NCBI GenBank assembly: GCA_000002445.1
Contig: CP000069.1
Location: 736,001-800,000 of the forward strand
Direction of reading: 5' to 3'
DNA: 64,000 nucleotides
DNA from: Trypanosoma brucei
Lineage: Eukaryota
In this document: positions 10,541 through 19,737 of the stretch, one piece after another
Layout: the number at the start of each line of letters is the position of its first letter
Numbering within the stretch: position 1 is the stretch's first letter
Translations under genes and position numbers: made by a program
The notes under the pieces: generated by a model
The model's database searches: none
Told to the model about the DNA's origin: nothing
Seen by the model: the letters and a program-made list of their open reading frames with translations, nothing else

Positions 10541-11707
10541 ATGCGCAAGAAGAGCGTGCAAGAGACCGATGAGGTTCCGAACGAGAGATTACCTCACATT
10601 TTGTCGTCTTCTGATGATCCAACTGAAGTGAACAAAGCTCTCGTTGTACTTCTACGGAGACTTCGCGCAGGTGCCGGCGAACCCATTTCTCTCTCACCAG
10701 CAACTCTTAGTCAACTCCTCCGTATTCTTGTGGGGCGCACAGATGATGCGTGGTTGGAGGTGAGAAAGAAAATTGCTTTTGTGTTTAGCGAGTTACTATC
10801 AAAGGACAATGCGGATGTGCTGGCGGATGCACTGCTCTACGGACGGTTGCACACCACAACAAGCAGCGAAGCTCGCGCCAGTCGTATTGACTTTGGAGGC
10901 GTGGATGAAAATAGTGCGCCGGACCCGTTCACGTCACTGAAGAAAATGAAGGAAATTTTAGGAAAACTGGCAGAGGCACATGGTACGGTGGAGCGGTGTG
11001 TTCCTGCGGCCGATGTTTTCCGAACATTTTTGCGCCTCCCTGCTCTTTTGGAAGTCATTATGTCGCCAGAGCCGCTATTCGATGTTGAGGACAACGACGG
11101 ATCTGCTCCCGCCCACCACGCAACGAAGAAACGCTGCTTCAATGATACTTGCATTGGAATACTTTGTCGCAGTGCGCAGGCTTACACAACAGCCCTTTGC
11201 ACAGAAACTTGGCGCTCACTTTCCACTGCCTTATGCACAAATAAAGCTCTTTCGGCACCTTTGCTCTTGTGTTATTTCAACGAATTTGTGGGCATGTTCC
11301 TGGGCTGCTTGGAAGGTGATAACTTCGTGGCAAAGCTTCATGCTCTGGAGCTCATTGATGCCATTCTTGAAGATGCCGCTTTTCTCAAAGCACGCCCAAA
11401 GCTTGCAGAGTCTCCGGCGTTGCTTTGTGCGTTACTTCCCCTGACGAACTCACGGTCACAACACATTCGTTTCCTTACTTTTGATGCAATTAAAGTTTTC
11501 ATCGCAAAGGGAAACAAACCAGCCCCGATCCGTTATATTCTCTACATAAACCGTGAAACACTGGCACGCTATGTAGAGGATTACTCCCCCAATGAAGCAA
11601 CCATCGGGAAAGTGTTGAGTGCGGAGAAGGAAAAAATTCTGCGGAGTCTTCTTTCATTAGAACCACTGAGCCATGAGGAAGAAGTATTGTTGAATGCGTC
11701 GGCGTAG
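10541..11707 (+). CDS. Mo25-like protein (calcium-binding protein 39 family)
   Basis: 388 aa. Segment NFVAKLHALELIDAILED...SQHIRFLTFDAIKVFIAKGNKPAPIRYILYINRETLARYVEDY matches Mo25 ([38 protein letters not shown]). Confidence 0.65.
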   Translation: MRKKSVQETDEVPNERLPHILSSSDDPTEVNKALVVLLRRLRAGAGEPISLSPATLSQLLRILVGRTDDAWLEVRKKIAFVFSELLSKDNADVLADALLYGRLHTTTSSEARASRIDFGGVDENSAPDPFTSLKKMKEILGKLAEAHGTVERCVPAADVFRTFLRLPALLEVIMSPEPLFDVEDNDGSAPAHHATKKRCFNDTCIGILCRSAQAYTTALCTETWRSLSTALCTNKALSAPLLLCYFNEFVGMFLGCLEGDNFVAKLHALELIDAILEDAAFLKARPKLAESPALLCALLPLTNSRSQHIRFLTFDAIKVFIAKGNKPAPIRYILYINRETLARYVEDYSPNEATIGKVLSAEKEKILRSLLSLEPLSHEEEVLLNASA

Positions 11708-11724
11708 CGTTTGGGTGGAGGTGC

Positions 11725-11725
<1 letters not shown>

Positions 11726-11760
<35 letters not shown>
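11726..11760. repeat. Compound microsatellite (TA)n(TG)n
   Basis: atatatatatatatatgtgtgtgtgtgtgtgtgtg immediately after the Mo25 stop codon. Confidence 0.9.
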
Positions 11761-11837
11761 CATGTGTGTTTATGCTTGGTATTTGGTGTTTGAAGAATTG
11801 TTGGTGTCTTCATGTGTTAACCTCCGGCAATATTTTC

Positions 11838-11928
11838 CCTTTTGTTTGTTGTCCCCTTCGTCCCTGTCGCTGCATTTCTGATTTATATCCTCTTTCCCTT
11901 CCATCTTTGTGTCTCCTTTTTTTTTTCA
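11838..11928 (+). promoter_or_regulatory. Polypyrimidine tract upstream of the protein kinase gene
   Basis: A long CT-rich run ending in a T10 tract. Placed between the stop of the Mo25 gene and the kinase ATG. Confidence 0.45.
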
Positions 11929-12219
11929 AAAAAAAAAGAATATTGTTGTGGTGCTGTTCGTACCCCATTGTGAAATATTGTGTGCACGCTTGAGGGTAAA
12001 GTGTGATATTCAAATTTGACCACGGTAAAAGAAATAATAAAAGGTCAGAGTGTAACGCCAAGGGTTGAAAGAGTGCTGAAGTGGAGGTAGCGTTACATTG
12101 AAGGGTAACGTGACATTCATCAAGTGCAACGAGAACATTCTGGATATAAACAAACTTGATTTTTTAGCAGACGAGAAAAACCGTCGTCGTACTGTTGGTT
12201 CTATTGGTGACACTGTGGT

Positions 12220-13761
12220 ATGCCCCGTAGTGGTGATGCCAAGAGCAGCGGCAGTGAGGTTGCTTGCCGCACATTTGACCCATGTCAACTTAATTTATCT
12301 TCGGCAACGCCCGTGGGCTCAGGGGCAATTTCTCATGTAGTGCGCACAACCCTGCAGGGCGCGGCGAACACCCCAATAGCGGTGAAGATTCTGTCGAAAA
12401 TTCAACTACTTCAGCAGAAAAAAGTTCAGTCGGCGATGAATGAGAAACGTGCACTCTTAGACTTGGCACCACATCCCTTTATCGCTCGCTTGTACGGCAC
12501 GGCCCAATCCGAGGATGAGCTGTACTTTGTTATGGAACACCTCCCACACGGAGACCTTTTAGAGCATATCAGAACCCGGTATTCACGACATTCGTGCCGC
12601 CGACACTCTGAAGATGTTGCCAACACCCCGAGTGATCGTAATGGGCTGCAAACATCGTCTAGTTCCACTCCTTGTTTGGACTTCCACGACATTCAGCTCA
12701 TTACGGCGCAACTTGTCGTGGGGCTCGCTCACGTATTTGCGAAGGGTTTTGTGTTGCGTGACCTTAAACCTGAGAATATCGTGTTCGACGAAAAATATCG
12801 TGCGTGCCTGATCGACTTTGATACGGTGGATGTGGAGGGCCGCACCGCACTGCCCATATCCAACAAAGGAGTTGCGGTACGCAGCAAACGCTCCAGCGGT
12901 GAAGGGAAGGACGGAGCTAAGAAACGACTAACCATTTCATCCATACAGACGATGCGGCGCAATACCGCTAATTTTTGCGGGACAGCGCAATACGTCTCAC
13001 CTGAGATGGTAGGGGAGTGCCGCTGGAGTTACAGTAGTGACCTTTGGGCTCTTGGCACCGTTGTTTATGAGATGCTGTATGGGAAACATATGTTTTCGGG
13101 AGATAATGCCTTTAAGGTAATGAAGGCTGTGGTAAAGGGCGTTTCACCTGAGAATGTCCCCTTTCCTCGTGTGGATATCGGTCCAGAGTTTGACGCCTTT
13201 GAGCGCACGAAGGATTTCATAGTTCGGTTGTGCCACACAGATCCAACTCAGCGTCTTGGTGTGAATCCAATCACTGGAATGTTCGATCTGGATGTGCTAA
13301 GACAGCATGACATATTTGGGGATTTCTGTTGGGATGTTTTGGATGAGCACGTTCAGCAATACAGGCCCGTTGACATTTCCGCTAACCCCAATGAATGCGC
13401 GGCTCCCGCTTCGTTCCGCGGGCCGCTGCATCCGCAAATGTTGTCGGATCACACAGCTTCCCTGGAGTCTCACTACCACGCTGTGCCAGTTCATAACCCA
13501 GAATACGCTGAGTACGTTTATACGGCTACTGCCGATGTTAATCCGTTTGAGCGGTGGGCGTGTGGTGTTGTTGAGAAAGATGCTAATTATAATGTGGAAA
13601 ATGAGGCTGTAACGAGAGGGTTGGAGAAGGAAAGTGTTCCCAAGCTTAGCGCAGAAAACTCTGAGTGCGACGGCAGTGATGATGATGATGATGATATTTC
13701 CGTGATTGATGATGTTGGTGTGCAATACTTCAATAATGTTCATGAAGATTTCATGAAGTAA
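12220..13761 (+). CDS. Serine/threonine protein kinase (AGC/PDK1-like catalytic domain with inserts; poly-Asp tail)
   Basis: Kinase motifs are present: Gly-loop VGSGAISHV, VAIK-like AVKIL, catalytic loop LRDLKPENIVF, DFD (DFG variant), activation/P+1 segment FCGTAQYVSPEM, DLWALGTVVYEML. The N-lobe resembles PDK1. Inserts lie after subdomain V and between VII and VIII. A DDDDDD run sits near the C-terminus (13672-13700). Confidence 0.8.
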   Translation: MPRSGDAKSSGSEVACRTFDPCQLNLSSATPVGSGAISHVVRTTLQGAANTPIAVKILSKIQLLQQKKVQSAMNEKRALLDLAPHPFIARLYGTAQSEDELYFVMEHLPHGDLLEHIRTRYSRHSCRRHSEDVANTPSDRNGLQTSSSSTPCLDFHDIQLITAQLVVGLAHVFAKGFVLRDLKPENIVFDEKYRACLIDFDTVDVEGRTALPISNKGVAVRSKRSSGEGKDGAKKRLTISSIQTMRRNTANFCGTAQYVSPEMVGECRWSYSSDLWALGTVVYEMLYGKHMFSGDNAFKVMKAVVKGVSPENVPFPRVDIGPEFDAFERTKDFIVRLCHTDPTQRLGVNPITGMFDLDVLRQHDIFGDFCWDVLDEHVQQYRPVDISANPNECAAPASFRGPLHPQMLSDHTASLESHYHAVPVHNPEYAEYVYTATADVNPFERWACGVVEKDANYNVENEAVTRGLEKESVPKLSAENSECDGSDDDDDDISVIDDVGVQYFNNVHEDFMK

Positions 13762-15497
13762 TGGTATTATGTGTGTGTGTGTGTGTATGTATGGGAGGCA
13801 TTCGTCACTCTATTTCCTTTGCAGTAATTCAGTTGTTACTTCGAGTTTTGTTCCTTTCTGAAGTGGTAGACACAATTAAGGTCTCTACCTTTTCTCTTCT
13901 TTTTTTTTCTCTCTGGGGGAATTATTCCCTCCTTCGTCTTTTTTTTTTAATATATCCTGACCCATTATTGTCGCGGTCTCCACTGGCCTGAAAAAAGTAC
14001 CCGAGAGGGCGAACATATGCGAAAGTTTTGTTGGATTAAATGTTGTTGTATTTGTTTTGCAACGTACATTCCCTCTTTTCTGATTTAGCTCCCTTACTCA
14101 AAATCGACACCATGCTTGTATGGTTTCGACGGTTGCAGTTGCGAAAAAAAAAAGAAAACAGTGGATATGGAGCAAAATCTAAGAAGGATTTCCCACTCCT
14201 TTTCTATTTTATTGCCTTGCGCTACAAAGCCAGCGTGGTCAATGCACTCGTAAGATATCAGCAGGATGAAACGTTGACCTTTGCAAGGAGAGTGGGGAAG
14301 AAATAACTTTGTTTACCCTACGCTCGCAATGGTTCCACTTATCCATTCGTATATTTATCTTTTTATCTATTTACATATGCTTGTATCTATTTATATGTAC
14401 GCATTCATTTATGAATATATGTGAGTTACCAACTGGCTTGTGGAGTGCCTTTGGTTACTGCGGTTTGATCCAGGAAATTAGTTGCATGTTGGTGGAGCGG
14501 AGTGGAGTGGAGTGAGAAGATAAATGGAGGGGGATTGCCTTTAACAGCAGCACTTTATGTAATATGGGTTCTTTGCAGGAAATTGCTTTCACTCATGAAC
14601 ATACCGCTCATAATTTCCGCACCATGTGATCTATTAACGGCATATTTTGATACTGGTAGTCGCAAAGGTTTTATTCCTTAACATATTAACCAAAAAATTA
14701 TGAAAAAAAAGTACACATGACGCGGTAGCGTTCGTCCCTCGCATCATACCACCTGACCTCTGGTGAGGCGCATGCCCAAAAGCGTGTGTACTTCAACTGC
14801 TTGTGCCACTTATTATTATTATTATTTTTTTTTTTCTTAAGGAGGGGAGGAGGGGTTGAGTGTGAGGCGTTAAGCTGCAGATGGTGATACGACCATATCG
14901 TGGAAACCGTGAGGGCAAAGGGTTGCATGATGTTTTATTCTCTTTGGATTTACCGTATGCAAAACAGATGATATGGGTTGTATAACATTACCTAGCTGAT
15001 CAAAGGAGTTGTGTATATTTGTGCGTTAACGCGTATTATACATTAATTGGAGGTGATAAAATGAATAAGCTTCAAATGTTTTCTATTCGTCTTTTATGTT
15101 TTGTTTTGCGTGTGTGTGTGTGTGTTTTCTTGCTTTTTTTTTAAGTTGTGGCACTGCAGCAGGGAAGTTGGTGAGGGTTGAGGTTGTATCATCGTCAGCG
15201 TTGCAAGTGATTGCGAACTGGCAGGAAGCGCCTCTTTTGAATTGAAAGCAACAAAGCTGATTTTTTTGAAAAAGAAATATATAAACATGCATATACAAGG
15301 TGTGTACAGTACAAGAGGAGAGTGAGCATGTTTTACGGTTGTAGGGGAATGCTCTGATGAGTTGCGCTTAGTGATATCCCGTGCGTAAATAGCAAAAAGA
15401 AAAGACTAACGAATACAAACACTTTTCTATTTTACCTTGACATGTCAGGCTTGCTCACACACTGTTTGAGTTTGCAATAGCACCAAAATCAGTGTTA

Positions 15498-15567
15498 TTT
15501 CTTTTTGCATTTCTTCCCTTGTTTAAATTTTTTTATTGCTTCGTGTACTTTCTATTTTCCTTTTTCA
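15498..15567 (+). promoter_or_regulatory. Polypyrimidine tract upstream of the Trx-UFD2-like gene
   Basis: ttatttctttttgcatttcttcccttgtttaaatttttttattgcttcgtgtactttctattttcctttttc, followed by AG. Confidence 0.45.
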
Positions 15568-15702
15568 TAGAGTCTGTTAACCAAATTAAAAGGGGAGGTG
15601 AAGAAATAGGGGACGCTGCTTACAAGGATAGTATTTTAGAAATACATTCAGGTTGGTAAGCAGACACGACAAAGCGTTTTTCTCTCCCTGTTTTCTGCAA
15701 CC

Positions 15703-18702
15703 ATGATTGAGGTAAGCAGTTTGGAGCAACTGTTGTCTTTTATTCAGAGGGAAGCCATTCTCGTAGTTAAGTTCTATGCTGATTGGTGCGGGCCATGCAA
15801 GCAGATAGAGGGGCAGTATAACGTGTTGAGTCAAGTGTTCACAGCGGTAACATTTTGCACGTGCAATATTGACCGCAATCGAGCCTGCGCGGAGCGTTTT
15901 CAGGTGCAAAGTATACCAACATTCATAATTTGGTACCGTGGGCGTGTGGAAACGACAATCCGTGGAGGAGATTTACCCCAAGTGGAAAGAGTAATTGTCG
16001 ATTTGACCAGACAACAGCAGCATGGTGAAGTGGCGATTGCTTCGGCGTCACGGGAGCAATCTGCATCACGCCCAATCCACGAGATTTTGCTGGCGAAGAT
16101 GAATCAACTGGCGCAGACCATCAAGACCACCCCCGCAAACAAGGGTGCTGAACAAGGTGCTTGCGAAGCAGTTTATGCTCTTCTCGAAGCCGGCTGTGAG
16201 CAACAACCGTTCGGTGCTTTGTTGCTTCCCTACTTTGCTTGTGAGGGATTCAGTGCGGTTGCTGTGGATGCCCTGTTTGCTTACATTTCTTCCAAGGGTG
16301 AGCCATATTCCAAAGGCATTCAAATAATTGTCAATAGAATGATGACCCAATTGATTGAATTTTTCCTGGCTTCGACCTTGGACCAGACTCGCGAACTATG
16401 TATGATGCAGCGGGCAGTGTATTCTATGGTGACATGCCGTTCGGTTCTGCCTATATTTGTTCATTCACACCTCTTTTACAGCGATTCTTTTACTGATGGC
16501 TTACAACTTGAGTATGGGACTATCTTAGGTGCCATACTCGGTGTGGGTGTGTTTAGTCGCGCATCCCGCCCGCTTCCACCACTCTTGCGCATGGTTGAGT
16601 GGAGGGGCTATATGGACATGTTTCCTACAGAGTCGGAAGACCACTCTCAAAAAATATCGGACCTGCAGAGCAGCATGGAAACTGCATGTGATGCGAACAA
16701 ACGTATAGTCCTGGTGCTGCTCCAAAATAAACTGTCCCGTTTTCACACATTGCGGTTCATGGGGTCGGCCCTACGTCTCAACGCCGGGTACACCAGGACC
16801 ATGCACCATGATTTGCCTCTTTCCTCACGGTTCTTTATGTGCCAACTGAATGATGTGTTAATGGAGGCTGCGCTTCCTGTGTTCACGAAGGGATGTGATG
16901 CGTCATCTATTCCACCTGCTTATCTTTTGGAAGATCCGGGTGAGGAAACGGTCGTGGACTTTGGGGAAAGTGTAGAGCGCATCACCCATTATGATGAAAA
17001 CCGACCGCTTCCTTCCTTTCCATCACTTCAAGAACCCTTCAAACCTACTGTGCATCTCTTTTTCCTTGCGGCTCGCTCAATGATGCTTAGCGTGTCAGTT
17101 CTCATCGAGTTGCATGAACGAGTTGAACATGAATCATCACGACCGAACACCTCAACTCAACAACGTGCCTTGTGTATTGTGGAAAAGTCGCTCGTTGAAG
17201 GGCTGATTGGCTCCCACAGTCTTGGTCAGAAACGTGTGCGTTTGTTGAACGGAATTGCTGGGTGGCTTGTAAAAGTTATGGGCACGCTGGAGGATGGAAC
17301 TCTTTTACCTGAGCCACCTGAGACCTGGAAGTATTTACCACAGCAGTTAGTGGAAGTAGTCATTCGTGGCATGCAGCTTGCTCCACTAGACTATCCCGAC
17401 GTGGAAAATGTTATCTCACTTATGCTTGTTTTGATGGGGAACACAGTATACTTTCCTAAACCCCATACACATGCGCTTTTTCCAGACTTTCTTCTGCGGC
17501 TTTTGCGAAATGAGGATACGCAGCAAGCCTTAATGGCACACCGATGGTTTTCCCAGAATATCGTACGCAGTTGTGTTTTATGCTATATTGCGGTGGAGAA
17601 GTCCACCTACGAGAAAGTATCGGTGCGTTACACACTTTCACGGTGCACGAAATCATTTCTTTTGCACGAATCCTTGTGTCAACCTGTACGTGCAGAGTTT
17701 GAAGCAGGCGGGACGCTTTTGGAACGCTTTTCGCACATGGTCACTGCTGAGGTTAACGACGCAGTGGATCAACTGATTGGCACATTAACGCAAATGAACC
17801 GTCTCGTGCGTGAGGGTGCCGATCTCAGCGAAAATCCCAATCCTCATCGCGGTGATGGTGGAGGGAACGATGGCACTGCAGGTCGTGCCGCGACTGTTAA
17901 TCGTGGAACTCATAGGAATACGGAAAATGAGGAAGAAAGTGAAGATGAAACTGAGGGCTCACCTCAGTCTTACCATCAGCTTGGTCTGGGGTTAAAGCAG
18001 CGGATTCTTCTCTTTGAAGGTAGTGTGGACCTGTTCATTCAGTTGGCATCGAGTTTCCCCAAAGGCGTTGCCCAGAACATGGTGGCGCAGCAAATTAGCC
18101 AGATGTTGGCGCGAAGTCTTACTAGTTTTGTTGGAGCGGACAGTAAAAAACTGAAGATCGAGCATCCGGAGCGCTACGGTTTCCGACCTCGTGAAATACT
18201 TGGACGTATTGTTGAGTGTTTGGTACAGTTCGTTCGCTTAGAGAACTTCCTGCGATGTCTGTGTAACTGTGGTGTGCCGCAAAAGGATATCCTCCAGGCG
18301 ATGAAGGTAATTTCAGAACGCGGACTAGTTGGTGAGCATCTTGTGTGGAAATTGAATGAGATCGCTTCTTCCCTCCAAGCCATGTCGGCACGGGTACGTG
18401 AAGAGGAAGCCCTATGGGATGAAGCGCCGGAGTTTGCTCTCGACGCCTTACTTTCCACGCCGTTGCTTCGTCCCATAGCTCTGCCTTCTGATGTAAAGGA
18501 TTTGGACGATCTTGTGTATACAAATGAGGACACTCTTCATCACCTTTTGTTGTCGGAAAGCAAACACCCGTTTACTAAAGAGTATCTGGATGAAGAGATG
18601 GTGAAGGAGTTCAACGCACGTGAGGACGTTATGCAGGCGAGGGAGCGACTTCAAAACCGCATAGCCGAATGGTTGAGGAACGCGAAGGCGCACCGTGAAT
18701 GA
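15703..18702 (+). CDS. Thioredoxin-domain / UFD2-like (E4 ubiquitin-chain elongation factor-like) fusion protein
   Basis: 999 aa single ORF. The N-terminal ~105 aa form a thioredoxin fold with WCGPC (FYADWCGPCKQ, nt 15784-15816) and cis-Pro IPTF. The C-terminus PSDVKDLDDLVYTNED...HLLLSESKHPFTKEYLDEEMV aligns with the yeast UFD2 U-box ends (PDEFLDPLMYT...HLLSDSTDPFNRMPLKLEDV) but lacks the central part of the U-box. Between them is a long helical region compatible with a Ufd2 core. Confidence 0.55.
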   Translation: MIEVSSLEQLLSFIQREAILVVKFYADWCGPCKQIEGQYNVLSQVFTAVTFCTCNIDRNRACAERFQVQSIPTFIIWYRGRVETTIRGGDLPQVERVIVDLTRQQQHGEVAIASASREQSASRPIHEILLAKMNQLAQTIKTTPANKGAEQGACEAVYALLEAGCEQQPFGALLLPYFACEGFSAVAVDALFAYISSKGEPYSKGIQIIVNRMMTQLIEFFLASTLDQTRELCMMQRAVYSMVTCRSVLPIFVHSHLFYSDSFTDGLQLEYGTILGAILGVGVFSRASRPLPPLLRMVEWRGYMDMFPTESEDHSQKISDLQSSMETACDANKRIVLVLLQNKLSRFHTLRFMGSALRLNAGYTRTMHHDLPLSSRFFMCQLNDVLMEAALPVFTKGCDASSIPPAYLLEDPGEETVVDFGESVERITHYDENRPLPSFPSLQEPFKPTVHLFFLAARSMMLSVSVLIELHERVEHESSRPNTSTQQRALCIVEKSLVEGLIGSHSLGQKRVRLLNGIAGWLVKVMGTLEDGTLLPEPPETWKYLPQQLVEVVIRGMQLAPLDYPDVENVISLMLVLMGNTVYFPKPHTHALFPDFLLRLLRNEDTQQALMAHRWFSQNIVRSCVLCYIAVEKSTYEKVSVRYTLSRCTKSFLLHESLCQPVRAEFEAGGTLLERFSHMVTAEVNDAVDQLIGTLTQMNRLVREGADLSENPNPHRGDGGGNDGTAGRAATVNRGTHRNTENEEESEDETEGSPQSYHQLGLGLKQRILLFEGSVDLFIQLASSFPKGVAQNMVAQQISQMLARSLTSFVGADSKKLKIEHPERYGFRPREILGRIVECLVQFVRLENFLRCLCNCGVPQKDILQAMKVISERGLVGEHLVWKLNEIASSLQAMSARVREEEALWDEAPEFALDALLSTPLLRPIALPSDVKDLDDLVYTNEDTLHHLLLSESKHPFTKEYLDEEMVKEFNAREDVMQARERLQNRIAEWLRNAKAHRE

Positions 18703-19737
18703 TGCAGAAGAATGATAGAGAGTGCGTGTGCGTGTATGTGTGGTATTGTGCTGTTGGCTAGAAACGGCACCTTCTCTATGAGCTCCCCATTTTTTTGTTT
18801 TGCTGTGGGTAGTTATGACTTTCTGCATTCTTTTCGGTTGTGTGTTTCATCCGAGGTTTCTTTTCGTTTTCATTAGGGGTAAAGTGGGGGACGGTTGGCA
18901 CACTCCTTCATTTCCAGCTGTTTTAATTTTGGGGGGCTGATCGTTGAGAATTGTGGTTTGCGGTGTTACTTCCCTGCACACTTCGCGGTGCCGGACGTGT
19001 AGAGAAATTAAGTGCCATCATGTGAAGCCATTGGAGTGGTCGTGACCCAATGACCAGTGGTTATTGTTGGTGGGGTGGGTGCCCAGCGGTCGCGCCTGTT
19101 CGATGTAGTGCTTAACATTCTTTGTTGTTTTATTTCATCCATTCTTAAGAGTTTGTGTTCACTTTTGTGGCGTCGAGTGTTTATCTTTTAATTCCATTCG
19201 GTGCCTTTTTCCCCTGTTCCCGTTTGCGTTTTCAAACGGTTGTGCGGCAATCCGACAGAGGGTGAAAGCTGAAGGTTGGTGAGGGGACTATTTCTATGTG
19301 AGGGAATAGGAGTGGTATTGTGGAAGACTTGTTGCATGTCTTCACGTATATAACGCAATTTTCCCTGCTTTGCTGCAAGTGGATCGGCATGTTTTCAATC
19401 CACAAAAAAAATTTTTAAGCTTAAACCACTGGCCGACGCTTGTCGCTGATAAAGGAAACCGAGATGGTTCAGTGCGCCTTCAGCAAACTGGTGGCTGTGG
19501 CTTCCGCTTGGTGGGTTGTGCACCGCACTGTGTGTTTGCTTCCATGTTGTCCGTTACGTTGGGCCTGTTCCAACAACTGAATCAGCGGGAGTATGTATGC
19601 ACATATTTACCGAATTACGGATTGCGCTTATCTTTTGTTCATTCCCTGCTAATTTTCGCTACGTGATACGCCATTTATTGCGCGTTGTTTACAAAGCTGA
19701 TTTAGCGGCGGATAATATTCCGTCCCTCTCTTCTTGA

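Noticed and set aside
10980-11444. 154 aa + strand ORF in an alternative frame inside the Mo25-like gene; similar out-of-frame + strand ORFs at 12098-12340, 35721-36023, 36300-36653
   Set aside because: Internal alternative-frame ORFs of real genes with no independent support.
14040-14515. Two short + strand ORFs (88 and 68 aa) in the 2 kb spacer after the kinase gene
   Set aside because: Low-complexity or hydrophobic translations inside a repeat-rich 3' flank. More consistent with a long 3' UTR than with genes.
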